64,000 bases of DNA. It comes from an uncultured Acidobacteriota bacterium (GTDB taxonomy: Bacteria > Acidobacteriota > UBA6911). Where the stretch lies: positions 480,001-544,000 of the forward strand of contig CAWJKZ010000010.1 of NCBI GenBank assembly GCA_963843575.1, read 5' to 3'. Each line of letters begins with the position of its first letter. Position 1 is the first letter of the stretch. The notes under the pieces are model-generated. The model saw only the letters and a program-made list of their open reading frames with translations. It was not told the origin of the DNA and ran no database searches. Below are positions 53,902 to 63,657 of the stretch, in pieces. The position numbers and the translations under genes were made by a program.

Positions 53902-54048
53902 CCATATGCTCTGCGATTCAGACACTGGGGATCCTGCAAACTTCCTGGAACGCGGATTCTCGCGGATTTGCGTTGTAGCTCGGCTTAGGGCTCCCGCCAT
54001 AATGTGAACTCATTCTTGCGCGAACCCTAAGTTTGCTTTGTTCCGTGT

Positions 54049-54230
54049 GCAAAGCTCGACGGGGCGCTCTGGATGTGGTTCTCCGGGGTGGGCTGGCGGC
54101 AAACGCTCTCGTGCCAGGCCGGACCCGCGCTCCGAGCTCCAGTGCGCTTGCCGCAAGCCCACCCCGGAGAACCAACCGGCGCTTTGCGCCGGCCGCCGTG
54201 CGGCATCCAGGGCGCCCCGTCGAGCTTTGC
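54049..54230. other. 182-nt long palindrome forming a four-way junction (ncRNA or MITE-like)
   Basis: 27-bp stem 54049-75/54204-30, 31-bp stem 54076-106/54144-174, and hairpins at 54176-92 and 54193-203. Confidence 0.75.
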
Positions 54231-54334
54231 CAGCGTTCGTCCGCGTCCGAGGGATTTTGAGTCGCCTGCGCACTGTCTGCATCGCAGTCCATATGCTCAT
54301 ATGCTGCGCTTTGTGCTACCGGGGCGCCTCCCTA

Positions 54335-54343
54335 TGCTATAAT
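54335..54343 (+). promoter_or_regulatory. Extended -10 promoter for the PPIase gene
   Basis: TGcTATAAT consensus 40 nt upstream of the ATG; GGGAGG SD. Confidence 0.6.
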
Positions 54344-54383
54344 TAATGTTTTTGCACACTGCGATTGGGAGGCAAGACTTCGC

Positions 54384-56309
54384 ATGCTCGACATTATGCG
54401 CCGCAAAAAGCGGCTGAGAGGGGTCCTCTGGCTCGTCATCATAAGCCTTGGGCTTGGAATGCTGCTCTTTTTCGTCCCGGGTGCCAACATGGGAACCCGC
54501 AGCGAGACCTCGGCAGCCACGGTGGACGGCGACCCTATCAGCATCAATGAATACGCCAAAACCTACCGGCGCTTCGTCGAAAACTTCAGCGCCGGGGGGC
54601 GGAACAAGACGGACGCCGAGACGCTGAAGGCTCTCGGGGTCAGCAAGCAGGCGCTCGACGCCCTCATCAACGTCCGGGTCACCGCATACGCCGCGAAGCG
54701 GCTGGGCCTCGACGTCTCTCCCGAGGAGGTGCGCCACGCCGTCGAGAGCAATCCCAACCTCCAGGACAACGGCGCCTTCATCGGCGTCGACCGCTACAAA
54801 GCGCTCCTGGCCGCCAACAACATCAGCGTGACCGAGTTCGAAGAGGGGATGCGCAGCATGCTGCTCACCAACAAGGTGCGCAACATCGTCACGTCCTCCA
54901 TGGACGTGACCGAAAACGAGCTGCGCGAAGAGTTCGCGCGCACCGCGCAGGAATCCCAGGTCGAGTTCGTCGTGCTCAAGAAAGAGGAGTTCAAAAAGAA
55001 GGTCAAGCCGGCCGAGACCGACCTCAAGGCATACTTCGACGCACACAAGGACAAGTACAACATCCAGGAGCAGCGGCGCGCCCAGTATCTGCTGATCAAC
55101 ATCTCCGCCATCGCCCCGAGCCTGAAGGTCTCCGAGCAGGACATTCAGGACGAATGGGGACGGCAGTCGCACGATGAAACGGTCGACGTCAGCCACATCC
55201 TGTTCACCGTGAAGGATCCCGCCAAGGACGCCGAGGTGAAGGCCAAGGCTGAGGCGGTGTTGAAACGGGTCAAGGCTGGCGAGGATTTCGCCGAGCTGGC
55301 CAAGAAGAACTCCGAGGACACCGCCTCGGCGGCCCAGGGGGGCAATCTCGGACCCTTCCCGCGGGGCCGCATGGTCAAGGAGTTCGAAGACGCAGCCTTC
55401 GCGCTCAAGCCCGGCCAGGTGTCCGACCTTGTCCGCACCCAATACGGCTACCACATCCTGAAAGTGCTGGCGCACGATTTGCCGACCCTGGAGACCAGCC
55501 GGGAAGCCCTCGTCAGGAGTATTCAGCTGAACAAGGCGTCGGACGTGGCCAAGAGCAAGGCTGCCGAAGCGGCGACCCTGCTGAAAACCGAAAAGGACCT
55601 CAGCGCCGTCGCCCGGAAGCTGGGCATCCCGACCGAACTCAAAGAGACACCTTTCCTGACCCGCGCCTCCGAACCCTTCTCCAACAATATCTCCCAGCCG
55701 TTGCTCGACGAGATCTTCCGGCTGAAGGAGATCAACGCCGTTGGGAACGTCGCCGACCATCCGCTCGGCTACGCGGCGCCGAAACTGCTGGAGACCCGAT
55801 TGCCCAAGCCGCCCGATTTCAACGAATCCCGGGCCAAGGTGGAACAGGACTACACGGAGGAGAAGGCCGCAGAGCTCATGAACGGGGCGGCACGGCAGCT
55901 GGCCCAGGATGCGACCGCGTCCGGAGACCTTGCCGCCGCTGCCAAGAAGAGCGGTTACAGCTCGAAGCTTAGTGCGCTGTTCAAGCGCGACGCCACCGCC
56001 GACCCCGACATCGGCCCCAATCCGCCCTTTAACAGGGCGGCCTTCGACGTCGCCCCCGGAGCCGTCAGCGCCCCCATCCCGCTCGACGGCGGGGTCAAGC
56101 TTGCGGTTCTGCAGGTGAAGTCGCGCACGCCCTTCGACGAGGAGGCGTACAAGAAGCAGAAGCCGGAGTTGCGCAACAGGCTCCTCGGCATGTGGCAGGA
56201 TGCGTATTTTCAGGACTACATCCGGCGCGTCACCGACGGGCTGGAAAAATCCGGCAAGATTCGCATCAACCCGCGTGCCGTCGAGGAAGTCGCCGGATTC
56301 AGCTACTAG
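54384..56309 (+). CDS. PpiD/SurA-N-domain peptidyl-prolyl cis-trans isomerase
   Basis: N-terminal TM, SurA_N-like region, and a parvulin domain SHIL..GEDFAELAKKNSED..GGNLG..MVKEFE..TQYGYHIL. Confidence 0.9.
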   Translation: MLDIMRRKKRLRGVLWLVIISLGLGMLLFFVPGANMGTRSETSAATVDGDPISINEYAKTYRRFVENFSAGGRNKTDAETLKALGVSKQALDALINVRVTAYAAKRLGLDVSPEEVRHAVESNPNLQDNGAFIGVDRYKALLAANNISVTEFEEGMRSMLLTNKVRNIVTSSMDVTENELREEFARTAQESQVEFVVLKKEEFKKKVKPAETDLKAYFDAHKDKYNIQEQRRAQYLLINISAIAPSLKVSEQDIQDEWGRQSHDETVDVSHILFTVKDPAKDAEVKAKAEAVLKRVKAGEDFAELAKKNSEDTASAAQGGNLGPFPRGRMVKEFEDAAFALKPGQVSDLVRTQYGYHILKVLAHDLPTLETSREALVRSIQLNKASDVAKSKAAEAATLLKTEKDLSAVARKLGIPTELKETPFLTRASEPFSNNISQPLLDEIFRLKEINAVGNVADHPLGYAAPKLLETRLPKPPDFNESRAKVEQDYTEEKAAELMNGAARQLAQDATASGDLAAAAKKSGYSSKLSALFKRDATADPDIGPNPPFNRAAFDVAPGAVSAPIPLDGGVKLAVLQVKSRTPFDEEAYKKQKPELRNRLLGMWQDAYFQDYIRRVTDGLEKSGKIRINPRAVEEVAGFSY

Positions 56310-56318
56310 GCCAAGATC

Positions 56319-56460
56319 TGGAGTGCGGCGCCCGGGCGCCGCTTTCAGGCTTGTTTCTTGGGCAGGTATGTCCGGCGCCTGGGCGCCGGGATCGGGTCAT
56401 CGGCGGCGCCGAGGCGCCTTCATCAAAGCGGCGTCGAGCAGGTCGAGCCGCCGCACTCCA
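56319..56460. repeat. REP-A inverted doublet between convergent PPIase and yitJ genes
   Basis: TGGAGTGCGGCGCCCGGGCGCCGCTTT ... AAAGCGGCGTCGAGCAGGTCGAGCCGCCGCACTCCA. Confidence 0.85.
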
Positions 56461-56466
56461 CAGTTC

Positions 56467-58293
56467 CTAAAGACCCAGGATTTCCAGCGCAAGAGCGGTA
56501 CGGGCCGCCGGGGCGATCACCTCGACGCCAGTGACCATCGGCCGTATGGCATCGAGCACCTCACGCGCGGCCGCCACCCCCTCGCGCTCCTCGCCCCCGA
56601 GCGAACCGGCCGCGCGAAGACGCGCCAGCGTCGCTTCCGGGATGGCCACGCCGGGGAATTCGTTGTTCAGGAACTCGGCTTCCCGGCTGCTGGTCACGGG
56701 ACGTATGGCCGCGAACACGGGGATGCGGTAGCGCCGGATCCTGGAGAGGAATCGTTCGAGCGGCTCGGCCTTGAACAGGGGCGCCGTCATGATGAACCTC
56801 GCGCCGGCATCAACCTTCCGCGCCACCAACCGAATCTCCTCCTCGAAATCGGGCGCATCCGGATCGGCGAGGGTACCTGCGAAAAAGCCGGTCGGCGACC
56901 CGATGCTCTTGCCACCCAGATCGTACCCCCGACCCAGCGCGGATACCAGGTGGGCCGCCCCGACCGCGTCGACGTCAAACACCGCCGTCGCATCCAGATA
57001 GTCGCCGACGCGGATCGGATCGCCGGTGGACAGGAACAGGTTGCGCAATCCCAGGGCGTGCGCGCCCAGCAGTTCCGACTGCATGGAGATGAGCGTCCTA
57101 TCCCCGCAGCTGTAGTGGAGCATGGTCTCGAGCCCGACCTCGCGCTGCACCAGGACGGAGAGAGCGAGAGCCCCCATGCAGGAACTGCCGCGGGGACCTT
57201 CGCTGACGACGAGAGCGTCCACACCGCGTTTTTTCAGCAGGCGCGCGGCCTCCAGGGCCTGCCCTGCATCGCCGCCGCTGGGCGGCGTCACCCCCACCAG
57301 CCTGACGAACCGCTTCTCCCCAATCCAGCGCTCCAGCCGGCTTCCCTTTGCCGGAGGTAGCGGTTCGGCCGGGACCGGCGTCCTGGACTCGACCGCGGGA
57401 ACGACCTTGTGCGGTACCGCCGTCGCGGACCGGACCGTATCGCGGATCGCCTTGATGTGGGCGGGCGTGGTCCCGCAGCAGCCGCCCACCACCCGGGCCC
57501 CCGCCCGGACGAAACGCTTGGCATAGCTCGCGACGTATTCCGGCGAGGAGAGGTACAGGTTGCGCCCTTCGAAGCTGCGCGGCCTGCCCGCGTTCGGCTG
57601 CGCTACGATCGGGCAGGTCACCACCTGGGCGATGCGCTCGATGGCCTCGAGCATGACCTGCGGCCCGACGCCGCAGTTGACCCCCACGACGTCGGCCCCC
57701 CACCCCTCGAGCTGCGCCGCAAACGACTCGGGCGGCACCCCGTCGAGGCTGTTGCCTTCCTCCGAAAGCGCCATCTGAGCCATCACGGGGATGCTGCAGA
57801 CCTCACGTGCCGCCGCCAGGGCGACGTGCAGCTCGTTCAGGTCCGAGAAGGTCTCCAGCGACAGAAGGTCCGCGCCCGCCCCGGCCAGCGAGCCGATCTG
57901 TTCGGCAAACGCGGCTTTCGCCTCGGCCGCGGTCATCTTTCCGAACGGCTCGATCCGGACCCCGAGCGGGCCGACCGATCCGGCTACGTAGGCCAGCCCG
58001 CCGGCAACCTCGCGCGCGAGACGAACGCCCGCGGCGTTTATCTCGCTCACGCGCTCCGCCAGCCCGTGCGGTTCCAGTTTCAGGCGGTTGGCGCCGAACG
58101 TGTTGGTCTCCAGTATCTCGGCACCCGACCACAGGTACTCCTGGTGCACTTCACGCACCAGATCGGCGTGCGTCAGGTTCAGATCGTCGAAGCAGCGGTT
58201 GATGAAGACCCCCTTGGCGTACAGCTGGGTCCCCATGGCCCCGTCGCAGACGACCGCAACCTCCTTGAGGCGTTCCAGAAAGGATTCGAGCAT
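56467..58293 (-). CDS. yitJ: Bifunctional homocysteine S-methyltransferase / methylenetetrahydrofolate reductase
   Basis: DGAMGT, ETNTFGAN, GVNC, PNAG and GGCCGTTP.HI; C-terminal MTHFR-like TGDP..VFDVD and KVDAGA.F. Confidence 0.9.
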   Translation of the reverse strand: MLESFLERLKEVAVVCDGAMGTQLYAKGVFINRCFDDLNLTHADLVREVHQEYLWSGAEILETNTFGANRLKLEPHGLAERVSEINAAGVRLAREVAGGLAYVAGSVGPLGVRIEPFGKMTAAEAKAAFAEQIGSLAGAGADLLSLETFSDLNELHVALAAAREVCSIPVMAQMALSEEGNSLDGVPPESFAAQLEGWGADVVGVNCGVGPQVMLEAIERIAQVVTCPIVAQPNAGRPRSFEGRNLYLSSPEYVASYAKRFVRAGARVVGGCCGTTPAHIKAIRDTVRSATAVPHKVVPAVESRTPVPAEPLPPAKGSRLERWIGEKRFVRLVGVTPPSGGDAGQALEAARLLKKRGVDALVVSEGPRGSSCMGALALSVLVQREVGLETMLHYSCGDRTLISMQSELLGAHALGLRNLFLSTGDPIRVGDYLDATAVFDVDAVGAAHLVSALGRGYDLGGKSIGSPTGFFAGTLADPDAPDFEEEIRLVARKVDAGARFIMTAPLFKAEPLERFLSRIRRYRIPVFAAIRPVTSSREAEFLNNEFPGVAIPEATLARLRAAGSLGGEEREGVAAAREVLDAIRPMVTGVEVIAPAARTALALEILGL

Positions 58294-58336
58294 GGAGGTT
58301 ATTGTACCTCACCGGACGGCCGTCCGACGCCGGCCC

Positions 58337-58936
58337 TCAACCGGTGGGGAGCAGGTTTTCGGGGCGGGAGGACTCCTGCAGGCCGACGGCGTAGGTGTGG
58401 AGCCGCTGCACGATCTCGACCATGCGGCGCATTTCGGAATAGAGCTTTTCCGTGTCGACCCGGATCGCGCCGGAGCACTCGGGGCTCGCCATGATGAGCT
58501 GCGCAAAGCCGAGCACGACGGCGAGGGGGTTGTTCAACTGGTGGGCAAATTCGCGCAGCCTGGAACCAATCTCGCACGTCCGTTCGCCACTCGCCGGCCC
58601 CGAGCCGTTCCCCGCGAAGACGGAAAAGAGGAGGAATTCAGGACGGCTGCCCGCATTGGACAACGGCGTGAGAACCCCATGGGCTGGCACCGTCATCCCG
58701 CTGCGGTGCAGGTACAGGACGTCGCCGCTCCAGGTGCCGCACTTTGTGCAACCCTGCATCATCTCCGGGAGCCGGAACACGGTGGCGTCGCCAAGCACCT
58801 CGGTCACGGGCCGGCACAGCAGTTCGCAGGGGGCATAACCGGTCACACTCCCGGTTTCCGGCGAACCCGCCGTGATGAGCCCTTCGGCGGAGAAGGTGAT
58901 GGCCATCCAGCTGGCTGTTCCCGGATCCTGTAGCAT
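58337..58936 (-). CDS. PAS + HisKA (DHp) protein lacking an HATPase domain
   Basis: PAS-like TGYAPCELL..WSGDV..HRSG and H-box FAHQLNNPL. The stop comes soon after the DHp helices. Start uncertain (open from 59005). Confidence 0.7.
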   Translation of the reverse strand: MLQDPGTASWMAITFSAEGLITAGSPETGSVTGYAPCELLCRPVTEVLGDATVFRLPEMMQGCTKCGTWSGDVLYLHRSGMTVPAHGVLTPLSNAGSRPEFLLFSVFAGNGSGPASGERTCEIGSRLREFAHQLNNPLAVVLGFAQLIMASPECSGAIRVDTEKLYSEMRRMVEIVQRLHTYAVGLQESSRPENLLPTG

Positions 58937-59135
58937 GGCGCCTGGTCGTGGGTTGATTATCCCGGCTGCTTCATAAGCCCGTAAATGCCCGTATCGGCCG
59001 GACACGCAAGGTCGCTTAACTTTTGCCAGGGGTGGGCCGCGCCGGGCCGGCGCGGCCCCATGGCTTCGGCCGGCGGCCGGGTCCCACGGTTCAGAGGATT
59101 GGGGCGGGCGGCCCCGCCTATTTGGTGCGCTGGTA

Positions 59136-60431
59136 TCAGCAGATTCCGAAGAGCTTCTCGACCAGGCTCAGTTTGGCGCCCGCCGACTCCGCGCCGTCGG
59201 CCGCCTTGAGCTCCACGATCGCCGGGTGCACGATCTTCTGCGCGATCCGGTGGAGCATCAACTCGAGCTCCTCCCGCTCCGCCGGCCCGAGCGCAGGGGT
59301 CTTCTGTACGAACCGCTCCAGCTCGCTAAGGCAGACCGACCGCACCCGGTCGCGGATCGCCGCGATGGCGGGCGCCATGCGGGCCTGACTCTCCTCCCGT
59401 TGGAACCTCGCCAGGGCCTTGTCCAGCAAAATCCGCGCCCGCACCGCCTCCGACTCCCGCGCATGGCGGTTCGCCTGGACGACGCCGTCCAGGTCGTCCA
59501 CGTTGAACAGGTAGACACCGGGGAGGTCGCAGACCGCCGGGTCTACGTTGCGCGGGACCGAAATGTCTAGGATGAGGAGGGGCCGGCGCGCGCGGCCGCG
59601 CAAAACGGTGTTGAGGCTTTCCCGATCCAGGACGTACTGCGGCGCGTCCGTCGCGCAGACCACGACGTCTGCACGGGCGATCTGATCGCCGCGCCGGTCG
59701 AACTCCGCGACTTTGCCGGAACACCTGGCTGCCACCTCTTCCGCGTGCGACCGGGTCCGGTTGGCCACCACGATCGACGACGCGCCCGCCTCCCTCAAGT
59801 GCAGCGCAGCCAACTCGCCCATCTTGCCCGCCCCGAGCAGCACAACCGATTTGCCGGCGAGATCCTCAAAGATCTTGCGGGCCAGCTGCACCGCGGCGTA
59901 ACTCACGCTTACGGCAGCCTCGCAGATGCCCGTCTCGCTGCGGACCTGCTTGGCGGCCGCGAAAGCGCGAGGCACCAGGCGGTGCAGGTCCCGCCCGACT
60001 CCCCCCAGTTTCTCCGCCTCCCGGAACGCGCATTTCGCCTGTCCGAGAATCTGCGGCTCGCCCATGACCAGCGAATCGAGGCCTGATGCAACGCGGAACA
60101 AGTGCACCACCGCGGCACTGTCCCGGTGTACATAGACCCGGTCCGTCCACGGCCCCATGTCGAAGCCGCTCACTCCGCGCGCAAACTTGCAGAAAAGTCC
60201 GACCCCGTCCACCCACTCCTCGGCAGAGACATACAACTCCGTCCGATTGCAGGTCGACAACACCATGCACTCGTGTAGCCCAGGCTGCTCGAGAACGAGC
60301 TGGGTAGCGTCCGCCAAGTCCGCCGCCCCGATCGAAACCCGTTCCCGTACCTCGATCGGACTCGCGCGAAAACTGACACCGCAGACCATGTACGTGGCGG
60401 CGAAACCCTGCTGGCCCGAAAATCCCTGCAT
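59136..60431 (-). CDS. hemA: Glutamyl-tRNA reductase
   Basis: STCNRTE, GLDSLVMGEPQILGQ, GAGKMG and DISVPRNV. Confidence 0.95.
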   Translation of the reverse strand: MQGFSGQQGFAATYMVCGVSFRASPIEVRERVSIGAADLADATQLVLEQPGLHECMVLSTCNRTELYVSAEEWVDGVGLFCKFARGVSGFDMGPWTDRVYVHRDSAAVVHLFRVASGLDSLVMGEPQILGQAKCAFREAEKLGGVGRDLHRLVPRAFAAAKQVRSETGICEAAVSVSYAAVQLARKIFEDLAGKSVVLLGAGKMGELAALHLREAGASSIVVANRTRSHAEEVAARCSGKVAEFDRRGDQIARADVVVCATDAPQYVLDRESLNTVLRGRARRPLLILDISVPRNVDPAVCDLPGVYLFNVDDLDGVVQANRHARESEAVRARILLDKALARFQREESQARMAPAIAAIRDRVRSVCLSELERFVQKTPALGPAEREELELMLHRIAQKIVHPAIVELKAADGAESAGAKLSLVEKLFGIC

Positions 60432-60608
60432 CGTGCGACCCCTGAACTAGCTTTTCTGTCCGGGTTATGCAAGGCAACTGAAAGACCAAACAAACCGATA
60501 CCCTAAGTAGTTGAAGAGAAAGACCCCTGTCCGTCACAGGGTCATTTCCCCCGCACGAGATGATCGCGATGTGAGCAAGTTTGGGTTAATTCACCCAAGA
60601 CAACCGGG

Positions 60609-60689
60609 GGGGTGCGGCGCCTCGGCGCCTCGGCGAACTGAGGGATGCGACCCCGCAACCTCGGCCTGCAGCCGAGGCGCTGCACTCCA
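60609..60689. repeat. REP-A element (degenerate)
   Basis: GGGGTGCGGCGCCTCGGCGCC...GCGACCCCGCAACCTCGGCC...GCCGAGGCGCTGCACTCCA. Confidence 0.75.
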
Positions 60690-60714
60690 CACTTCGGTCC
60701 ACTTGGGAGGCGGT

Positions 60715-61458
60715 TTATGCCTGGCGTTTGTCGGAGTCGACTTGGCTCTGCTGGCCGGGTTGGATGGCGCTCACGATCGATTCCGCGACTTGGTCGACCG
60801 TGAGCCGATCGCTATTAAACACTTGGTCATACGCCAGAAGACTGTCCAACTCCTGTTGGAAGTGGTGGCGGGTGAAGCTGCGGCGGGCAGAGTCGATTTC
60901 GTTCATCCGGCGTCGCGCCTCGCCGGGGGAAATCTGCCAGCGGGCCGCCAGGCGACGACAGCGCGCCTCCGGCGAGGCGACTATGCGGACATGGAAACCT
61001 GCGGGCTCACTCGCAAGGGCGAAGTTCGCGCCGCGGCCGACGACCACCGCCTGTCCGCGGACCGCCAGGTAGCGGAGCGTCTGAAGCAGGGAGGCGTGGT
61101 AGTCCTCGATGCCGAAAGAGCCCCCTTCGGCCATGCGGAGGAACCTGCCTACGGTGTCGTGGATCAGGTTTTCGGAGCGCTCGTCCAGCTCGGCAACCAG
61201 GCGCTGCCGGACGTGGCTGCTCTCGGCGATGGAGTGGACGATTTCCTTGTCGAACAGCTGCCAGCCGAGCCGGCTGGCCACGCGGGCCGCGATGGCGTCC
61301 CCCATTGTGCCGCGGTCGCGGGAGATAGTGAGAAACCTGTATTTCAGACGGGATTCCCCGGCAGGTCGCTCTCGGCCCGCCTTATCGCGGGCATAACGCA
61401 ACAGCATCTGGCGCTCGATGATGGTTTCGGTGGGATCGCCGGATCTAGTCGTCGCCAT
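60715..61458 (-). CDS. Cytidylate kinase-like family protein (Cytidylate_kin2)
   Basis: TISRDRGTMG..IA, FDKEIV, VVVGRGA, HVRIVAS, D..R and YD. AAGGAG SD. Confidence 0.85.
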   Translation of the reverse strand: MATTRSGDPTETIIERQMLLRYARDKAGRERPAGESRLKYRFLTISRDRGTMGDAIAARVASRLGWQLFDKEIVHSIAESSHVRQRLVAELDERSENLIHDTVGRFLRMAEGGSFGIEDYHASLLQTLRYLAVRGQAVVVGRGANFALASEPAGFHVRIVASPEARCRRLAARWQISPGEARRRMNEIDSARRSFTRHHFQQELDSLLAYDQVFNSDRLTVDQVAESIVSAIQPGQQSQVDSDKRQA

Positions 61459-61629
61459 GGGGATCTCCTTAATCCGGGAGGGAATTACCTTCATGATATC
61501 ATCTTCTCCGCATACCCTCAATCGGCCGAGGCACGCGAAGCCGCATCGAGCTCTGAAGTTTGTGCCGCGCCTCGTTGCATCGAGAGGGTTCCGCGCCGCT
61601 GTCTGTTGGCAACGCGATGTCGCCTGGAT

Positions 61630-61700
61630 TTGGCGCCGAGGCGCCGGGCATTTCGGCCTTGGGGTGTAGCGGGAAAAGCGGCGCCGAGGCGCCGCACTCA
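61630..61700. repeat. REP-A element (right half)
   Basis: TGGCGCCGAGGCGCCGGGCATTTCGGCC...AAAGCGGCGCCGAGGCGCCGCACTCA, very similar to 26453-26521. Confidence 0.85.
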
Positions 61701-61711
61701 AAAAGGGTGAT

Positions 61712-62080
61712 ATGGAGAGACTGTTCGGAACGGCGGCTTGCCTGTCCGCATTTTTCGCTGTGGCTGCAGGCGCGTTCGGCGCGCACTCGCTGCGCACGCG
61801 ACTGACCCCCGAGTTCCTGGCGGTTTTCGAGACGGGCGCCCGCTATCAGATGTACCACGCGCTCGGCCTGCTGGCGGTGGCCTGGGCCATCGGCCGCTGG
61901 CCCGGCCCGGCGCTTCAGTTTGCGGGGTGGGCGTTTCTTGCGGGCACCGTGCTCTTTTCCGGCAGCCTCTATGTGCTGAGCCTCTCGGGAGCGCGGTGGC
62001 TCGGCGCGATCACGCCCCTGGGGGGGCTGGCGTTTCTCACGGGGTGGCTGGCCCTGGCTTGGGGCCTATGGCGATCGTGA
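61712..62080 (+). CDS. DUF423 (YgdD/TMEM256) membrane protein
   Basis: GAFGAH, TGARYQMYHA, FSGSLY and GAITPLGG. Confidence 0.92.
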   Translation: MERLFGTAACLSAFFAVAAGAFGAHSLRTRLTPEFLAVFETGARYQMYHALGLLAVAWAIGRWPGPALQFAGWAFLAGTVLFSGSLYVLSLSGARWLGAITPLGGLAFLTGWLALAWGLWRS

Positions 62081-62092
62081 CGCCTGCCTGCG

Positions 62093-63472
62093 CTATGGGC
62101 CGACGTACTGGTCGATCACCCGCCCGATGGCGCGCCGGCACACGGCGCAGAAACCGACCTCGTCGCGCGTGAACATGATGCAGTCGGCCTGTGGCCGGTA
62201 GTAACCCTTGGCCTCGTACATCGCGCCTTCGAACGCCCCCACTTTCCCGCCATACGGTCCCGACGCGAGCAGTCTCGTCGTTCGCTGCTGCTCTTCCCTG
62301 AAGAGCGCCTCCATTTCCTGTTCGGCCCGGTTCTGCACGCGGAGCTCGCGACGGCGCTCCTGGACGGCTCGTTGCGCGGCCTCGAACTCGTCCTTCTGCC
62401 AGGGGGTTGGCAGCGGTGTCCCTGGGGCGATGAGGTCGTGCCACCGGTCCGCCCGAGGGTTGGCCGTGACGTTGGGTTCCCAGGGCTCCACGCGGTCCGC
62501 CGAAGATTCGTAGGCGACCGGGGACGTGTAGTACTCGTCTGCCAGGCCCGCGAAGTGGTGGCCGAACTCGTGCACGAAGATGTAGGGGGTCCAGGCGTTG
62601 TCGGCCGCCACGGTGGCATACAAGTTGTGGATCCCGCCGCCGCCGTATTTGCGGTTGTTCACGACGATTTCGATGAACTCGTAGGGAGCCGCGGCGGCGG
62701 CTTCCCGCACCCGCTTGTTGTCGTACGTCAGTATGTAGCGTTCCGACCCGAAGGCGTCGTAGGAGGCGCGCAGCGGCGAGCGGCGTTGCACGCCGTCCGA
62801 CGGCTGCGCGATTCCGCTCTGTTCGGCCGGTGTGTCCACCGCCCACACGTTGAAGGCCGCGCGGCGCTCCTTGAACGGCGAGACCGCAAACAGCAGTTCC
62901 GCCAGTCGCCGGGCGTCCTTGTGCCACTTGTCCATCTCCGCCGCGGTGTATCCGTCGCCCATCAGCAGCAGGTCGACTTTGTCTTTCGGGGCCATGTTGT
63001 TGATTACGGCCCATGCCTTCGGGGCTAAGCCGGTGCCGGTGCGGTCGACGGAAGAGCCCTTCGGATCGAGAACGATCGACCAGACCTCCCGAAAGGCGTT
63101 CTGGCGGTCCCGCTTCTTGAGAACGACCTGGAAGGGGCCCGGGGGTTCGGGAAAGCGGAGCGATTCGTGAAACGTCCTCGCTGCGTCCCTGGCCTCCGGG
63201 GTGGATTCCCATTCGCCGTAGATGCTCGCGAAGCCGCGCGAGTAGAGCAGGCGGTTGGTCGTCCGGTCGACGACCTGAAACTGGTACTTGCCCAGGTTGC
63301 TGTCGTCGAAGACACGAGAAGGGTTGCCCGGCCACGCCCCCTCGACCACGAGGGCGTCGAGACTGAAGCGTTCTTCCGCAGCCGTGCCGGTGTGAAAGTA
63401 GTCGAGACGCATGGTAAGGGGTTCGGGAGCGGCTGCCACGAGGCAGGCCAGCAAGAGCAGCGAGATAGTCAC
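62093..63472 (-). CDS. Peptidase M64 (IgA peptidase) family protein
   Basis: MRLDYFHTG N-domain, GDGYT, HEFGH..GLADEYY, EPNVT, FEGA..YRP..CIM and FCAVC. The GTG at 63472 has GGAGG; the ATG at 63496 is an alternative start. Confidence 0.9.
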   Translation of the reverse strand: MTISLLLLACLVAAAPEPLTMRLDYFHTGTAAEERFSLDALVVEGAWPGNPSRVFDDSNLGKYQFQVVDRTTNRLLYSRGFASIYGEWESTPEARDAARTFHESLRFPEPPGPFQVVLKKRDRQNAFREVWSIVLDPKGSSVDRTGTGLAPKAWAVINNMAPKDKVDLLLMGDGYTAAEMDKWHKDARRLAELLFAVSPFKERRAAFNVWAVDTPAEQSGIAQPSDGVQRRSPLRASYDAFGSERYILTYDNKRVREAAAAAPYEFIEIVVNNRKYGGGGIHNLYATVAADNAWTPYIFVHEFGHHFAGLADEYYTSPVAYESSADRVEPWEPNVTANPRADRWHDLIAPGTPLPTPWQKDEFEAAQRAVQERRRELRVQNRAEQEMEALFREEQQRTTRLLASGPYGGKVGAFEGAMYEAKGYYRPQADCIMFTRDEVGFCAVCRRAIGRVIDQYVGP

Positions 63473-63657
63473 GACCACACCTCCATTCGGAGCCATTTTA
63501 TGCCGTTCGGCCCCGTGTTGTCCTTCGGGATTCTATTGAGTCCCTTGAACGTGCGAAATCGGGGATTCCGGGAATCTCGAAGGGCATTGTGATCCTGCGC
63601 ATATTCCCTGAAGGCTCGACGGGGGATAATCGCGGGACCATCTGCCCGGAGGGTGTC

